A stretch of 64,000 nucleotides of DNA from an uncultured bacterium (lineage in GTDB: Bacteria; Acidobacteriota; Aminicenantia; Aminicenantales; Saccharicenantaceae): the NCBI GenBank assembly GCA_937920515.1, contig CALEUG010000003.1, forward strand, positions 2,108 through 66,107, written 5' to 3'. The notes under the pieces were generated by a model that made no database searches, was not told the DNA's origin, and saw only the letters and a list, made by a program, of their open reading frames with translations. The translations under genes and the position numbers were made by a program. Positions 62,611 to 64,000 of this stretch are shown here, in pieces (the first letter of the stretch is position 1; every line of letters begins with the position of its first letter).

Positions 62611-63948
62611 TTATTTTCCCAGGTTTTGTTTCCTGATGTAGAGGAATAGCTCAACCAGATCCCGGCGCTTGAGCTCTTCCGTCTCGACGGCAAAGGCCGA
62701 GGACCGGTACATATCCCAATCGCCGAAAATCTCAGCCGGAAGCTCCAGGCTGCGCTGAAGCTCGCTTCCGGGCGTCAGATAAAAAACCGAGGGCCCCACC
62801 AGCACCCCGGCTGCCAGCAGTTTTTCCGCAGCGGCCACTATTTCTTCCCGGGTCTGTCCGGGCAGCCCCAGGATCAGATAAACGGTAACGAAAAATCCCA
62901 ACCGCCGGGCCTCCTGCAGCAGGTTGAAAAATTCGGCCTCATCCTTTTTCTGAGGCCGGTGATGCTTTTGCCTGACATCCGGGTTCCCGGACACCCAGGA
63001 CAGGTCAAGTTTTCTGACCCCGGCCCTCTTCATCAGTTCCAGCAGGAACCCATCAAGGTTTTCATAGCCAAGGCCGTTCATGAAGGTCAGCTCGCTACCC
63101 TCGAGCTCCGGGTCGGCAGCCACAGCCTCGAGGAACTCAACCAGCCAATCCCGGTCAAAGGCCAGGTTGTCGTCTTCAAAATTGAACAGCCGGATGCCGC
63201 GGTAGCGATGATTCCAGCGCATTTCTTCCAGGACTGAAGAGACCGGGCGGTAATCCGTCCGGCGCCCGAAAACCAGATGGACGTTGCAGAACGAACAATT
63301 CTGCGGGCAGCCGCGGCTGGCCTGGAGTGATATGTAGTTTTTCTTCCCGATACGGTAAGCCGCCGGGTCCAGCAGCTCGTGGGCCGGCCGCAATTTTTTC
63401 CAGTCCAGGGCCCGGCTCTCTGTCCCTTCAGCTTCAACAGGCAGCAACCTTTCATTTTTTACCAACTGTGGCAAACAGCTCTCGGCCGGCCCGGGCAGCA
63501 CATAATCAATTTCCGGCACCCTGATTTTTATTTCTTGGCGACAGCAGGTGGCCTGGTTGCCACCCACCATGACCGGTATTCCAGATTTCCGCTTCAGGGC
63601 CCGAACCAGCTCGACCACCGTGCTGAAATAGGCGGCAAAGGAGCTGTTGATTGCTATTAAATCAGGACCAAGCTCTCCCACCCTAACTACAATCTGATCC
63701 GTCTCCAATCCGAAACGCTGGAAACGCTTGAAAAAATACGGTTGTCCAAGATACGGTTTCAGGTAAAAGAACTTCTCGGGCAGAGGCAGTTGTTTCTTTC
63801 TCAACGGGCTTAAACAGTCCAGGATTTCCACCTGAAACCCTAAGGTTTTCAGCACCGCAGCCACAGACAGAAGACCCAGAGGATAAAGGCGGATGGGCGT
63901 GGTGTAAAAATCCTCAAGCGGTGGCTGGATCAGAACGATTCGCCTCAT
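62611..63948 (-). CDS. B12-binding-domain radical SAM protein
   Basis: N-terminal LIQPP...YPLGLLSVAA and VGGNQAT (B12-binding-like); SRGCPQNCSFC (CxxxCxxC), FEDDN, LILGLPGQT. Confidence 0.9.
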   Translation of the reverse strand: MRRIVLIQPPLEDFYTTPIRLYPLGLLSVAAVLKTLGFQVEILDCLSPLRKKQLPLPEKFFYLKPYLGQPYFFKRFQRFGLETDQIVVRVGELGPDLIAINSSFAAYFSTVVELVRALKRKSGIPVMVGGNQATCCRQEIKIRVPEIDYVLPGPAESCLPQLVKNERLLPVEAEGTESRALDWKKLRPAHELLDPAAYRIGKKNYISLQASRGCPQNCSFCNVHLVFGRRTDYRPVSSVLEEMRWNHRYRGIRLFNFEDDNLAFDRDWLVEFLEAVAADPELEGSELTFMNGLGYENLDGFLLELMKRAGVRKLDLSWVSGNPDVRQKHHRPQKKDEAEFFNLLQEARRLGFFVTVYLILGLPGQTREEIVAAAEKLLAAGVLVGPSVFYLTPGSELQRSLELPAEIFGDWDMYRSSAFAVETEELKRRDLVELFLYIRKQNLGK

Positions 63949-64000
63949 CGCTCAGAAAGCCGGACCGGCTAACCCGCTACCAGTTTTCGCGGCCAGGCTG

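Overview
Bacterial chromosomal window of moderately high GC content. The gene repertoire and protein style suggest a diderm, probably anaerobic Acidobacteriota-like or Aminicenantes-like organism; this is an inference only. Most of the window is core genome: larB-dnaG-rpoD-tRNA(CAT)-zinc-ribbon, gyrB-gyrA, psd-pssA, archaeal-type FBP aldolase/phosphatase, and a dcw cluster (mraZ to ftsZ) followed by hutI. It also carries exported hydrolases (C69, two M28, M23, GH38 mannosidase), a photolyase, tRNA-Leu(TAA), hemerythrin/OsmC, and a divergent ino1 / CDP-alcohol phosphotransferase pair. No integrase, transposase or CRISPR array was seen. The best candidate for an undescribed system is at the left edge (1-5383): the C-terminus of a large beta-rich protein coupled to a 1330-aa protein, neither with a recognisable catalytic domain. 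Other leads are a GlmU whose uridyltransferase half looks catalytically dead, an ArsR/SmtB-like palindrome (ATATATGAA-N6-TTCATATAT) present twice (once in a convergent intergenic region that may hide a transcript), two probable leaderless genes, and a Cys-motif mini-protein next to hemerythrin. All calls come from manual motif reading; no database search was run.
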